Assembly: GCA_963662465.1 (NCBI GenBank)
Contig: OY759599.1
Span: 4,192,001-4,256,000 of the forward strand
DNA length: 64,000 nt
Direction of reading: 5' to 3'
Source: Desulfatiglandales bacterium
GTDB taxonomy: Bacteria; Desulfobacterota; DSM-4660; Desulfatiglandales; Desulfatiglandaceae
The notes beneath the pieces are model-generated. The model ran no database searches. It was given only the letters and a program-made list of their open reading frames with translations, and was not told where the DNA came from. Positions 40,703-52,165 of this stretch are shown here, piece after piece. Position numbers and translations under genes: made by a program. Numbering within the stretch: the stretch's first letter is position 1; the number at the start of each line of letters is the position of its first letter.

Positions 40703-41470
40703 ATGGATTCCAGGCTCGAAAAAGGCATGGAGATGATTCAGCGCGCAAAGAAAATTCTGGTATTTACCGGCGCCGGGCTCAGCACCGAATCGGGCATCCC
40801 GGATTTCAGAAGCCCAGGCGGCATCTGGGAAAAATATGACCCCTCGGATTTTTATTTTCAGAAAATCGTCTCCGACATAAGGGCCCGTGAAAAATACTGG
40901 GCCATGAGCACTGAATTTTACGATACCATGAGAGATGCCGAACCCAACCCCGCCCATCTGGCCGTCAAAGCCCTGGAAAACGCCGGCAAGCTGCTGGCCG
41001 TGGTGACCCAGAACATTGATCACCTGCACCACAAAGCCGGAAATCACCCGGACAACATTATCGAACTCCACGGCACGGCCTTCTCGGTTTCCTGCCTGGA
41101 CTGCAAAAGGTCATACGACCGGGACGAAATTGAACGCCGTCTTCAATCCGGCATCAAAGCGCCTTCCTGCGACGGTTGCGGAGGCATCTTGAAGCCGGAC
41201 ACCATCTCCTTTGGCCAGGCCATGCCGGAGGAAAAAATGGCGCAATCCATCGCCCGGGCGGAAGAATGTGATCTCTGCATGGTGCTGGGCTCCTCCCTGG
41301 TCGTGCAGCCCGCTGCTTTCGTGCCGGCCCATGCCGTAAGAAACGGGGCGTCATTGATGATTATCAATCGTGACCCGACGCCCCTTGACGGCGAAGCCGA
41401 TATGGTGATCAACATGTCCGTAGCCAAAGCACTGAAACAAATGATCGGAAATTTTTCGCTTGAAAAATAA
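40703..41470 (+). CDS. cobB: Sir2-family NAD-dependent deacylase
   Basis: TGAGLSTESGIPDFRS, TQNID, ELHG, Zn CxxC pairs, GSSL. Confidence 0.92.
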   Translation: MDSRLEKGMEMIQRAKKILVFTGAGLSTESGIPDFRSPGGIWEKYDPSDFYFQKIVSDIRAREKYWAMSTEFYDTMRDAEPNPAHLAVKALENAGKLLAVVTQNIDHLHHKAGNHPDNIIELHGTAFSVSCLDCKRSYDRDEIERRLQSGIKAPSCDGCGGILKPDTISFGQAMPEEKMAQSIARAEECDLCMVLGSSLVVQPAAFVPAHAVRNGASLMIINRDPTPLDGEADMVINMSVAKALKQMIGNFSLEK

Positions 41471-41526
41471 CCCCCTTTAAACAATGATGCTCATAGATAT
41501 TTTAGAAAAAATTTAAGGAGGATTTT

Positions 41527-42642
41527 ATGTTACGAATCGGGTTTGTGGGTTGGCGCGGCATGGTAGGATCCGTCCTCATGGGCCGCATGCGGGAGGCCGG
41601 CGATTTCAGGGATTTTGAGCCGATATTTTTCAGCACATCCAATGTGGGCGGCAAGGGACCGGAAACAGGCATCTCGGCCCCACCATTAAAGGACGCCTAT
41701 GACGTGGATCTTCTGAATTCCCTGGATGTCATCGTCACCTGCCAAGGCGGGGGCTACACCCAGAAAGTCCATCCTGAACTCATCAAACGTGGATGGAAAG
41801 GCTACTGGATTGATTCGGCCTCAACCCTTCGGCTTGATGACAACAGTATTATCGTTTTGGATCCGGTCAATCGATCGGTCATCGACGACGGGCTTCGCGC
41901 CGGCATCAAAACCTTTGTGGGCGGCAACTGTACGGTCAGCCTCATGCTCATGGCGCTCTCCGGGCTCTTTGCCGAAAATCATATTGAATGGATTTCCGCC
42001 ATGACCTATCAGGCCGCTTCCGGTGGGGGGGCCGAGAACATGAAGGAACTCATCGCCCAAATGGGAATACTGGGAAATGTGGCCAAAGACCTGGTGAACG
42101 ACCCTGGATCCTCGGCCATTGTGGTGGATGAAATGGTCACCGCAGCCATGCGAAATCCTGATTTTCCAACGAAAAAATTTCTGGCCCCGCTCGCCGGCAG
42201 CCTGTTGCCGTGGATTGACATCCCCATGGCATCGGGACAGACCCGGGAAGAATGGAAGGGTTCGGTGGAGACCAACAAAATCCTCCGGACAAAACGGCCC
42301 ATTCCCATTGACGGCCTGTGCGTACGCGTGGGGGCCATGCGCTGTCACAGCCAGGGGTTCACCATCAAACTGAATAAAGACCTACCAATGGATGAAATTG
42401 AGGACATCATTCAAAAAGGAAACGACTGGGTCACCCTGGTTCCCAATGACAAGGACGCTACGCTGAAGAATCTGACGCCGGCGGCGGTAAACGGCACCCT
42501 CGACGTACCGGTGGGAAGACTTCGAAAAATGCTGATGGGCCCTGAATATCTGGCCGCTTTCACCGTAGGCGACCAACTCCTTTGGGGCGCCGCTGAACCG
42601 GTTCGAAGGATTCTGAACATCATCATTGAACATATGGCTTGA
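41527..42642 (+). CDS. asd: Aspartate-semialdehyde dehydrogenase
   Basis: [38 protein letters not shown]. Confidence 0.96.
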   Translation: MLRIGFVGWRGMVGSVLMGRMREAGDFRDFEPIFFSTSNVGGKGPETGISAPPLKDAYDVDLLNSLDVIVTCQGGGYTQKVHPELIKRGWKGYWIDSASTLRLDDNSIIVLDPVNRSVIDDGLRAGIKTFVGGNCTVSLMLMALSGLFAENHIEWISAMTYQAASGGGAENMKELIAQMGILGNVAKDLVNDPGSSAIVVDEMVTAAMRNPDFPTKKFLAPLAGSLLPWIDIPMASGQTREEWKGSVETNKILRTKRPIPIDGLCVRVGAMRCHSQGFTIKLNKDLPMDEIEDIIQKGNDWVTLVPNDKDATLKNLTPAAVNGTLDVPVGRLRKMLMGPEYLAAFTVGDQLLWGAAEPVRRILNIIIEHMA

Positions 42643-42691
42643 GTTTGATGGATTAAAGCGCTTTATTTGCCAAGAAACACGCGGCTAAACA

Positions 42692-42720
42692 TTGACAAAA
42701 AAAGCGCTTATCGTTAAGAT
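42692..42720 (+). promoter_or_regulatory. Sigma70 promoter of selC
   Basis: TTGACA-17 nt-TAAGAT. Confidence 0.75.
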
Positions 42721-42737
42721 GGTCAACGTACGCTCAT

Positions 42738-42835
42738 GGAAGTGGTAAGCTCACTGGTGGGGCTCCCGGACTTCAAATCCGGTGTATCGGGCTAAAACCT
42801 CGATAGGTGGGTTCGATTCCCATGCACTTCCGCCA
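42738..42835 (+). tRNA. selC: tRNA-Sec (anticodon TCA)
   Basis: GGAAG 5' end, CCGGA-CTTCAAA-TCCGG anticodon arm, long variable arm, TTCGATT loop, GCCA 3' end. Confidence 0.95.
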
Positions 42836-42940
42836 TAATAAAAACGGGTACTTAGGGGTTAAAAAAGGCTTTATCTGCGGATCAGGCCTTTTCTGTTTTA
42901 CACATAAAGGTGTCAAAAACCGTCATATACAATGCAAAAA

Positions 42941-42982
42941 TCATTACGGTCACATTACGATCATTACGGTTTTCATTACGAT
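42941..42982. repeat. Four CATTACG direct repeats (integrase arm-site-like)
   Basis: Copies at 42942, 42953, 42962 and 42974. Confidence 0.7.
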
Positions 42983-43261
42983 TTGATTTAAAAAAACGCC
43001 CAAATATTCAGTAAAATTCCTATCCATGCCATTTTAAATCTCCTTTCGTACCAATTTATTATAGTGTTTTTTGCAATACGGCATCGACCCGGCACCGCGT
43101 TCCGGCGCTCAGTCGCACCCATCGTATTCCCATGCCATTTTTCCCTTCCGGGAAGAATGGTTCTTTAGCCACCCCGTTATTCTGGAAACGGGAACCAAAA
43201 ATTCCAAGCGAAAATGGCCGGCACATTTATCAGCGTTTCGCCACGCCTCACGGATACCCAT

Positions 43262-43669
43262 TTATCCGGCCCTCATCCCGTCAGCCAACCGCCCGGCTCG
43301 GCCCCCGACTTGCCGCGCCCATGCCGAATCAAGCATTTCATCCGCCGTCCGGGAAAAATCCGCCGCCATGATTGCCGCCCACATCCTTTTGAACCTCAGA
43401 ACCCCAGAAAGCCCCAGGTTGAAAATCATTTCAACAACAACCCGGCGCCGGTTCTGATTTAGGGTTTTCACTTTTTCTACGGGCAATTTTAGGTATTGAT
43501 CAGAAGCATGGTAAATGTCCGCTTCAAACATCATTTCCGCTTCGGCTTTTGAGATTCCACGTGTGTCCAGACACCGGCCATGGCCGATGGTCAGATATCC
43601 CCGCGAATCCCTGTACGGTTTCAACCGCAAACCCTCAGCACCCTTAATCTGTTTTTTCAGCGTTTCCAT
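43262..43669 (-). CDS. Phage lysozyme (GH24/T4-like)
   Basis: EGLRLKPYRDSRGYLTIGHGR, MIFNLG, EMLDSAWARQVG.RA.RL. Confidence 0.9.
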   Translation of the reverse strand: METLKKQIKGAEGLRLKPYRDSRGYLTIGHGRCLDTRGISKAEAEMMFEADIYHASDQYLKLPVEKVKTLNQNRRRVVVEMIFNLGLSGVLRFKRMWAAIMAADFSRTADEMLDSAWARQVGGRAGRLADGMRAG

Positions 43670-43782
43670 GGCACCCTCAGTTTCCTAATTTTGTTTCGAT
43701 TGCAGTCAACCTTTTTTCGATTTCGATCTGCATTTGACCGGTTGAATCTTTGGCCTTTTCTCGTTTCACGTCCATCGAAATC

Positions 43783-43944
43783 ATTCTCATGGCCGGTAAA
43801 TCTGGCCGCTTTGGCCCTATATCCCGCCCTTATGGCTGCCTGTGTGGCATTCAGATCAACGAGGTACTCCACCACAAAACGCTTTTGCTTGTCCGTAAGG
43901 CGCCGTTTTTTAAGTTTTGGCGTTTCCAAGTCCCTATTGCCCAT
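43783..43944 (-). pseudogene. Terminase small subunit N-terminal fragment
   Basis: LTDKQKRFVVEYLVDLNATQAAIRAGY. Confidence 0.85.
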
Positions 43945-44720
43945 TTTCGAGGCCCTCAAATCAACGAGGCTTGCCGTTCTAAAATCAGTCCATGCTGTGA
44001 AATCCATTATACACCATGTTTTCAGCGAAAATCGTATATGCGCGGATTTGACACCCCAGGGATACGCGAGGAATCGCAAAAAAACCATTGACAAGGATTT
44101 TGTTCATGTTTTTTGAGGCTTTTTCCAATTTCCTAAAGATAGCCACAAAACCAACCTCACTACAATTCACTATGAGGAGGGCATTTACAGTGCCTAAAAT
44201 CTATGGAGTTCGATCTCTCTTTTCCAAGTCGTGGGGGCACTAAGAGAGCATGAAAGAATTGGCATACTTTATGAGTTTTTTAAATTAGATAGGTTATCAG
44301 ACATAAGCCAATGGGGCTAGTTGGGGCTCTATTCGAGTTACCTTAGACGCGTAGATCTGGTGTTCTGTTTTTTTGGGCCTAAATTTTTATCACTAAACAA
44401 AAAAATTTATATTTTCTTGACAAAGATCACTTCTTCTTGTAATTGTGCCTCACTTTATCTGGAAAAGATCAAACCTTTTATAAAATGGAGATGGAAAATC
44501 GCGATTCTCGGAAAAGAAGGCTGGCTTGCCAATGGGCAACCTGGCTTCTTTTGCATTTAAGCCCACGTTCTGGATTTCCAAATTGGATTCCAAGAAGTGG
44601 AAAAAAAGCGTAGTCACAAGTACATCCCTGAATGTATCAGGAAAGAAATATTCTATAGTAGACTACCTCAATATGGCGAGGTCAATTGATCAGAAGAAAT
44701 TGAACGGAAAAGGAGGAAAC

Positions 44721-45098
44721 ATGGAAAGAGATAAAAAGACATTTTTGGTTGTGTTATTGGGGATTTTCTTGCTCGGCTGTACCAGCACGGTGCAAAGCTC
44801 GGGCGCTGCGCCTCTGGACCAGAATGCGTCAAAGAAAATTGAAAAGAACATTGATATTGCCAAAATAAATGCAATCGCAGGAAGCTGCTCTGAGCAGAAT
44901 GATCCAGTTTGTTTAGAAAAAATGGTAAAGGAAATTGAACGGATTTTTGATTCGTCAGGATACAGCCTCAATAAAACATTGGCGAACTGTTACTCAAGCA
45001 GAGAAAATGCGATTCATGCTATGCAGCTCGGGTGGGGAGATTTGTTTTTGAGCGTATTTGCATTATTGGAAACTAATGACTTATCGTTCGCGTTTTAA
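44721..45098 (+). CDS. Lipoprotein, possibly truncated by the adjacent IS
   Basis: AGGAGG RBS, lipobox LLGC. Confidence 0.65.
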   Translation: MERDKKTFLVVLLGIFLLGCTSTVQSSGAAPLDQNASKKIEKNIDIAKINAIAGSCSEQNDPVCLEKMVKEIERIFDSSGYSLNKTLANCYSSRENAIHAMQLGWGDLFLSVFALLETNDLSFAF

Positions 45099-45406
45099 AA
45101 ATAAGTTCTGCAAATTTTGCCGAGGAGGCAGGCAGCACTTACTTGGCGGAACAACATCTCCACGATAAAATACGATATCAGAGGCATTGGTAGTACATCC
45201 CCGGTAAGGATACAGGCCCATAAGGGGAACAGGAACGAGCGCCTTGATAGATTGATTCGAAATTGTCGTAATTCATAGCTATTATTATTTTTTAATGGAT
45301 TCAAAAACAATACGATAACATGCTGGAATAACGATGGACATTCACAGCTGTTTGTATTATATTAGTTTCCCAACATTACAACCACTTGAAATAACAGGGG
45401 AACTAT

Positions 45407-47506
45407 ATGAACCGACATGTGACGCATGTGTTCATTTTCGCATCAGTGTGTTTTTTGGTTTGGTTTTGCAGTTTTTCAAAGGTGCAGGCATCACCTGTTT
45501 CAGCAGGTACTGGAAATAATATAAATGCCGGTGCATCATCAAATCAACAAACTGGTCAATCTGAAAATCAACCCAGACCTTTCGGTCAGAAGAATGATCG
45601 GCAGAAAATCCCAAAGCTTGAACGAAACAGGCTGGAAGAAGGTAAAAAATCAGCACCTGTAAGGAAACGAAAAAAAAAGAAAAAATCAAATAAAACGAAA
45701 ACTGCCAAGAAAAAGCGTGAGGGAACTCTATCATCGGATGATGATGCCTCTCACATTGCAAACAAAAGGAAAAAGGTCAAAAAGATTAACGTTACAGCAG
45801 AAAGAGTTGACGATATACCCCTATTGATAAAGGCCATGGTGAAAATGGGTATACAAGAAGCTATAGACCAACACATCCCAGTTCAAAAGAACCAAAGAGA
45901 TTTGAGCTGGGGATGGACGGCTGTTATATGGTTGGCATATATGTTATCGGAGGGAGACCATCGCAAAGTAGTCGTCCGGGAATATGTATCTGGAATGCGG
46001 CATACCTTAATCGAATTAACAGGATTGATAATCTCCGAAAATGATTTCACAGACGATCGTTTAGCGAATCTTGCCAGGTATTTAAGCGATAACGATATTT
46101 GGAGCAAAGTTGAAGAGAGAATAAGTGGCAATACGATTGAAGCATATGAGTTGCCGGAAGAAACTGTCAGGGTTGATGCTACGACTGTATCCGGCTACCA
46201 CAAAACAGTTGAAGGTGGGATATTCCAATTTGGTGTTAGTAAAGACGACCCCAATAGACCGCAAATAAAAATCATGACGGGTTCGCTGGATCCTCTTGGG
46301 ATGCCGTTAGCCACGGATGTTGTTCCAGGGCAAATGGCCGATGACAAATTGTATGCACCTATCATAAGTCGCATTCACTCTATGCTCCAGAAACAAGGTG
46401 TCCTTTATGTGGGCGATTGCAAACTGAGTTCTCTTGAAAATCGTTTACACATTAAGGAAAAAGCGGAAGGACATTACTTATGTCCATTGCCTAATACTGG
46501 GAAAACCCCAGAATATATGGAGAAATGGATAGATGAAGGAAATTTGAAAGACAAAAAGAACGAGTTGATAAAGTACATCGTCCAAGACGATAAAGGTCAA
46601 GAGGAACTGAAAGCAAAAGGGTATGAGATAGAGCGTAACCAATCTGGTGAAATAAATGGAAAAGTGCTGAAATGGAAGGAACGCGTATTGATTGTAAAAT
46701 CACCAGCGTATGAAAAGCAAAAAGAACTGGGATTGGAACGACGGCTTAAAAGCGCCGAGGAAAAATTATATGCTCTGACACCACCAAGAGGCCCGGGGAA
46801 AAGGCAGATCAAAGAAAGAGAAAAATTAATAGAATCAGCAAAATCGATTTTGAAAAAACATAGGGTGAAAGATTTCCTTAAATATGAATATGTGCGGGAA
46901 GTAGAAAGTAAAACGAAATATATTGGTAAAGGTAGAGGGAGTGTCAAAAGAGAGAAAAAGGTTGAAGAAAGAATACGTTATCAAATAACAAAAGTGACAC
47001 GGATTAAGGAAGCAATAGATGCGGAGAAGAAGAAGTATGGGTGGAAGGCCTATGTTACAGATGTATCAAAGGAGCGACTTGATTTTATTGATGTAGTTAG
47101 GTCTTATCGAAAACAATACCGGGTTGAACGAATATTTAACCGACTGAAAAGTAGGCTAAACATCGCTCCATTTTACGTAAAAAGGGAAGATCAAGTTAAA
47201 GGAATAACGCATCTTCTGATGATAGGAGTCAGGGTAATTACTCTGGTTGAATTTGTTGTTCGCCGCTCATTAGCAAGAAGCGACGAAAAGCTTGTTGGAT
47301 TGCACCTGGGAAATCCCAAGAAAGCTACGAACAATCCAACGTGTGAGAAGCTATTAAATGCTTTCAGCAAAATTACATTAACGATAATTGAAACAGGAGA
47401 TAGTGTGATAAGACATCTAACCCCACTTTCTCAATTGCAACGTGAAATTCTAAAACACTTTGGACTTAGCACTTCTATATACGATAATTTAGAAGTTATG
47501 CAATAG
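45407..47506 (+). mobile_element. IS1634-family transposase with a ~125-aa N-terminal extension
   Basis: ERVDDIPLL, RVDATT, FGVSKD, YVGDCK, YRKQYRVERIF. Confidence 0.85.
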
Positions 47507-47951
47507 TAAAATATTATCGTCATAGTCCTTACAGGTTGTCACAATTGAAATACAGATTTTACGACAATTTATATGATTGTTGGAGATATGGAACGATGGT
47601 GTTTTACGCACGATCCATTCCATTTTCTGCCCTATTGTGTTGTTCCAATATTCGACGTGTGTTGTTTTTCAGGCTTTACTAACCCATGGCCTTGGGCGCT
47701 AACCAAAATGGAACCAGTTTTGCTACTCCAAACGGAACCAGATATTGCGCACTGGTCTTTTCCTTTTAGAAGGGTTTTCTTGTAAATTTGTTAGAGGTTG
47801 CATGAAAGAGTATATCAGATGGTATTTTAAAAATGCTGGTGAGACACGTAGCGTTCTGGTTGAAGAATCAGTGATGAGGATACCATCAATATGGTGATGG
47901 CAGAGAAGAGGGGATTAGATTTTTCGGTTAAGGGCAATGCTTATTGAGGAA

Positions 47952-48149
47952 CTATTTGTCTATGTCATAGTCGTCCGGTAAATTCAGGAGGCCTCCCTTC
48001 GCCAATTGATCCTCAATCAAATATCCAATTTCCCCGTTTTTTTTCAGCTGTAGAATCATCCATTTGGGGAGACGAATGGTGAGCAGTTCACGTCTCAAAT
48101 GTTCCGGTTTCTTTCTTCGGCCGGCGCCTACCCGTTTTCCACCTCTCAT
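47952..48149 (-). CDS. Small DNA-binding protein (RGGKRxGAGR type)
   Basis: MRGGKRVGAGRRKK...TIRLPKW. Confidence 0.7.
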   Translation of the reverse strand: MRGGKRVGAGRRKKPEHLRRELLTIRLPKWMILQLKKNGEIGYLIEDQLAKGGLLNLPDDYDIDK

Positions 48150-48247
48150 TTCAAGCTCCAAGACAAGGTAATTTCTGATATTCGTGTAACGAGATTCAAA
48201 CAGACCGGTGATATTCAGACCTCAAAACCGGCCCTTTGGCGAACATC

Positions 48248-48967
48248 TCATTTTCTGAGGGAAGGACCATCAATATGAATGTTGATGCAGCGATGGTTGA
48301 GACGATCCAGCAAGGCATCGACCATGTCCTTTGGTTCAAGCAGCGAATACCATTGTTCAGGTTGAAGATTGGTCGTAATAATTGTGGACCGACCGGCTTC
48401 ATAGCGATCTTTCATGAGTTTAAAAAAGGCGTTCATCTGCTCTTTTTTGAGGGTCAGGTATCCCAGTTCATCGAGCAGAAGCAGGTCATATCTGCAAAGG
48501 GCATTGAGGAGTTTCGGGGTGGACCGATCTGCCAAAGACGCATAGAGCTGATCCAGCAAATCCTGAACATTATAAAAACGCCCCCGGTACCCGGCAATAA
48601 TGGCTTGACGAAGGATCCCCACGGCCAATCCCGTTTTGCCGACGCCGGTTTTTCCATGGAACACGATGTTTTCTCTTCGGCTGATAAAGTCAAGGCCGGA
48701 CAACGTCATGATCCGGCTCTTCTGTATTCCCGGCTGAAGATCAAACGGAAAGGAGTTGAGGGTCCATTCCCATGGAAGCTTTGCAATCTGGACCCGATAG
48801 ATCATGCTGCGCTCCTGCCGGAAACGTAATTCCTCAGCCAGGAGATTGTAGATGACCTCGTGAATGGAAAAACCGTTCTTTTCAGCCGAAGCCAACTGTT
48901 CTTCGAGAGCCTTCAGCATGCCTTTAAACTTCAAATCAATGAGTAACTGTTCAATTTTCTTTTTCAT
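48248..48967 (-). CDS. istB: IS21 helper ATPase IstB
   Basis: GKTGVGKT, LLLDELGY, ITTN, ALLDRL. Confidence 0.93.
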   Translation of the reverse strand: MKKKIEQLLIDLKFKGMLKALEEQLASAEKNGFSIHEVIYNLLAEELRFRQERSMIYRVQIAKLPWEWTLNSFPFDLQPGIQKSRIMTLSGLDFISRRENIVFHGKTGVGKTGLAVGILRQAIIAGYRGRFYNVQDLLDQLYASLADRSTPKLLNALCRYDLLLLDELGYLTLKKEQMNAFFKLMKDRYEAGRSTIITTNLQPEQWYSLLEPKDMVDALLDRLNHRCINIHIDGPSLRK

Positions 48968-50346
48968 AGATCAAAAAAGTCTCCCGCGATATAATCGAGA
49001 ATAATGTTTTCCAGACGCGACAAATCAAAAAGTCCATATTTAAGCGCCTGTGTTATGGCTTTCAAAAAAGGTTCCCCGGGATAAGTGCGTTTCAGATGAA
49101 GCAACCGACGTAACTTGACCACACCGCGACCGTGACTTCTTTTCTTCAGTTCAGCCACATACTCATCCAGGATGGCATCCTCTCCCGTCAACAGCTGTTC
49201 TTCTTTTGAAGGGATTCGGGGATCTTTTTTTCTTCGAATGGGAACATGGTGACCGGGCAGGGTTGTTCGGGTGTTGCGTTTATCCAGTATGCGGTCATGT
49301 TCCGCCACTTTTGTGTTTTTGTCGTAAACGATGACCTTGAGCCAATGTTTCTGTACTTCCAGGGAGTTCCCAATCAGCGCTTCAGGGACTGAATAGCGGT
49401 TGGTGTCCAAGTGCACATATCCCTGAACATCGGCTACCCTGTGTTCTGCCACATAGACTGGCGGCTGGTATGCCGGTAAATCAATGAGATATGGCTTTTC
49501 AATGACATAGGCCTCATCCGGCGTCATCCCTAAAGCCCGTTTAAACTTTTTATCGCTTGTATTCCGGCACCAGTCGATTGCCTGCCGGTTCAAATCCTGC
49601 CAGCTAACAAATGTTCTACCGGGAAGAAAATTGTTTTCCACAAAATGAAAAGGCCTTTCCACACGGGCACTTCGATTGGCGTCTCCTACAGCATGGGCCT
49701 CAAACCGGGTTCCATACATATCGCCGAAGTATTTCATTTCAGGCGCAATCAATGCATCAGGCCCGGTGCCGCCGGCCACAATAACATTGGTGTTGTCAAC
49801 CATGCACCGGGAACACACCCCGTCCATAAACTCGAATGCTTTTTTTAGGAAAACCTTGCACTCAAACCGGGTAAAACAGGGGTAATACTGAATAAAAATC
49901 CTTCGGCAAAAGGCCAGGGTCAGGGACGCGCACTGGGTCGACATTTTTTTCCCATTAATGACAACCAGATGGGGTGACGTATCATGCTGCATCTCCTGAC
50001 CGGGTTTAAAATGGTATTGGCCCGCCCGTCTTTTTTTACGTTCCCGGATCTCGTACTTTCTCATAATCCAGGTCAGACTCTGATAAGGGATTTTGATCTG
50101 TTGGCGGCTTTCCAGTTCCTCGGCTACTCGCACGGCATTTCCTTTACATTCCTTGAAAAGCTCGCGGATCAACGGGACATGTTCTTCATACCGGGAGTTC
50201 CTTTGGGGTACCGCCTCTTCGTCATGATCATCTAAAACCTTCGTGACGGTATTGCGACCGGCCTTCAGGGTTTTGGCGATGTCGCGCAAACTCATGCCGG
50301 TTTTTTTCAATTCCACAATGGCATCTTTTTTGGATTGTCGGATCAT
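48964..50346 (-). CDS. istA: IS21 transposase IstA
   Basis: N-terminal HTH, PGQEMQHD, VDN, RVER (DDE triad), NRYSVP. Confidence 0.92.
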   Translation of the reverse strand: MIRQSKKDAIVELKKTGMSLRDIAKTLKAGRNTVTKVLDDHDEEAVPQRNSRYEEHVPLIRELFKECKGNAVRVAEELESRQQIKIPYQSLTWIMRKYEIRERKKRRAGQYHFKPGQEMQHDTSPHLVVINGKKMSTQCASLTLAFCRRIFIQYYPCFTRFECKVFLKKAFEFMDGVCSRCMVDNTNVIVAGGTGPDALIAPEMKYFGDMYGTRFEAHAVGDANRSARVERPFHFVENNFLPGRTFVSWQDLNRQAIDWCRNTSDKKFKRALGMTPDEAYVIEKPYLIDLPAYQPPVYVAEHRVADVQGYVHLDTNRYSVPEALIGNSLEVQKHWLKVIVYDKNTKVAEHDRILDKRNTRTTLPGHHVPIRRKKDPRIPSKEEQLLTGEDAILDEYVAELKKRSHGRGVVKLRRLLHLKRTYPGEPFLKAITQALKYGLFDLSRLENIILDYIAGDFFDL

Positions 50347-51227
50347 AATTGGGTCGCTTTCTTGAGTTCCAGTGCTTGTTTTTCTATCTTTTTCACCCAG
50401 GTTTTGAGCGTTTGTTTCTTCAACTGATCGCTTTTTGGGTAATGGACATGCGAAACGGTTTTCACCAGACGTTTGAGAACCGCATATGCCATTTCAATAT
50501 CCTTGAACCATTTGCCTTCCGGTCCATCATGAACTTCTTTGGCTTGTTTAGACTGGGTTCTTTGTTCGAGAACTTTTATGAAAAGGGATGGATTTTCCAG
50601 CATGTGGTCTCGAACAGACCGGTTGCTTTTCTGGTAATGTGCGTAGAAACGGGCCAGTTCCCTTGTGGATAGAGGTTCTTTTTCCAGGTGGGCCAACAGT
50701 TTTTGTGCGTCTTCACCGTTGGCGCGCGCCAACGGCGCCATGACACGGCTGGCAGCCCAGGTTGAAAGTGAGCCTGCAATCACGGTTCTCAAAATATTTT
50801 CCGGCAGGGCTTCAACCAGGTCCAGCCGCCGTTTTACAAAACTCTTGTCGCGCCCTATTCGGGTTGCAATATGGGAGAGGCTGCACCCAAAACGCCGATG
50901 TAATTCCTGAAGTAAAACAGACTGCTCAATGACTTCCCATTGCCGTTCATTGGCCTTGGTTAAAAGCGAAAACATGGCATTTTGTTCGTTTTCTTTTGAG
51001 AATTGGACACATATCCGGTCCTTTCCACAAGCACAAAGCGCTCGAACACGCAGGTAGCCATCAATCAGAATCAGTTTGTCTTTTTCTTCAATAGCCAGGG
51101 CCGGAACGATCTGCCCGTAAGTTTCGATGGAATCCCTCAATCGCTTTAAAGCCTGGTGATTCATTATCCGGCAATGAGCGTAACGCAACTCCAGCAAATG
51201 AATATCAACGGTTCGGATGGATTCCAT
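50343..51227 (-). CDS. ParB/Spo0J-like N-domain protein
   Basis: LRDSIETYGQIVP...LIDGYLRVRAL, HTH; ATGA-coupled to istA. Confidence 0.85.
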   Translation of the reverse strand: MESIRTVDIHLLELRYAHCRIMNHQALKRLRDSIETYGQIVPALAIEEKDKLILIDGYLRVRALCACGKDRICVQFSKENEQNAMFSLLTKANERQWEVIEQSVLLQELHRRFGCSLSHIATRIGRDKSFVKRRLDLVEALPENILRTVIAGSLSTWAASRVMAPLARANGEDAQKLLAHLEKEPLSTRELARFYAHYQKSNRSVRDHMLENPSLFIKVLEQRTQSKQAKEVHDGPEGKWFKDIEMAYAVLKRLVKTVSHVHYPKSDQLKKQTLKTWVKKIEKQALELKKATQL

Positions 51228-51624
51228 ACCCAGTCTCCCGAAAGATTTCCTCTATGGTTTCTCCAAGACTGACCCAATTTCCTTGCCGGATCTCCTTTAC
51301 CTGTTTCACAATCACAGGACGTCTGGGAAGCGAAAGAACCTGAAACAGACGGCCATCAAACCCAATCAGATCCTTGTCCAACAAGCCATCGCGGGCATCG
51401 ATATATTGATCCAAATGCACCTTTAAAATCCGGCAGATTCTGTCGTAACCATAATAAGAGAGCCCGTTTTTGTCAGATACCAACACCAGAAAAATGTAGA
51501 GCAGCAGCTCATGATGATTCAGGCTCTCCCAAAAGCCGTTTCTCAAAAAACGATGCTCCAGAAAGCCGAAGCTTCCATTGATGACACGCACTCTTTCGGG
51601 AAAAAGGACTCTTTTTTTGATCAT
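51205..51624 (-). CDS. IS21-associated wHTH-like hypothetical protein
   Basis: LLYIFLVLVSDKNGLSYYG...FQVLSLP; AGGAG RBS. Confidence 0.7.
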   Translation of the reverse strand: MIKKRVLFPERVRVINGSFGFLEHRFLRNGFWESLNHHELLLYIFLVLVSDKNGLSYYGYDRICRILKVHLDQYIDARDGLLDKDLIGFDGRLFQVLSLPRRPVIVKQVKEIRQGNWVSLGETIEEIFRETGYGIHPNR

Positions 51625-51636
51625 TTTTTTCTCCTG

Positions 51637-52080
51637 TCATGGATATGGGGTTTTCTCAAAGCCTGTTACATCTGAAAAAACCCTCCCTGCATAAGCACGG
51701 CGAGGAAAATGGTCCACAACAACCCCGATCGACCCGCAAAAAAGACAGCTGGGTCGGTTCCCCGACCGCTTTTTGGGTTCAATATCACAGTCTTTTTGAG
51801 GTGTTGAACTATCATCACCAGGGTTCAGTCCATTTTTTTTGGATTTTTTTGTTTTTTCGTACAAACGACGGCGCTCTTTCCCTTTTTTCGAATTGCGGTA
51901 TTTCCCCTGAGCTTTCCGGTGCAGCTGTCTTTGGCGTATCCTGCGACATCGTTCCCCACAATAGGCCTGGCCACGCCAACACGACCGACAGACGTGAAAA
52001 AAGCAACCACAACATCGGCATTGAACCACTCTTAAAAGGACATCTCCCATCATTCCGGCCTTGCAATTGGCCGGAAACAC
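51637..52080 (-). CDS. Cys-rich Zn-finger hypothetical protein (start uncertain)
   Basis: CRCCGC, CRSCWRGQAYCGERC, CLFCG. Confidence 0.65.
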   Translation of the reverse strand: MFPANCKAGMMGDVLLRVVQCRCCGCFFHVCRSCWRGQAYCGERCRRIRQRQLHRKAQGKYRNSKKGKERRRLYEKTKKSKKNGLNPGDDSSTPQKDCDIEPKKRSGNRPSCLFCGSIGVVVDHFPRRAYAGRVFSDVTGFEKTPYP

Positions 52081-52129
52081 ACTTATATAAAATTGGCGTG
52101 TGTGTGGCTTCCGGCTCTATCCGGTGGTC

Positions 52130-52165
52130 AAAAAAGAAGGCCCGAAGCGGCTACTTCGGGCCTTC
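52130..52165 (-). terminator. Intrinsic terminator in the leader of the IS21 operon
   Basis: Perfect 12-bp stem GAAGGCCCGAAG/CTTCGGGCCTTC with T6 on the - strand. Confidence 0.75.

Noticed and set aside
41527..42642. Gammaproteobacterial-type asd as a recent transfer
   Set aside because: Composition matches its neighbours and this asd type is not unusual enough to flag.
42941..42982. Short repeats here (and at 13541, 16058) as a CRISPR array
   Set aside because: Units are too short, with no unique spacers and no cas genes.
43125..43141. ATTCCCATGC as an att duplicate of the selC 3' end
   Set aside because: Only a 10-bp match, too close to the tRNA, and no integrase is present.
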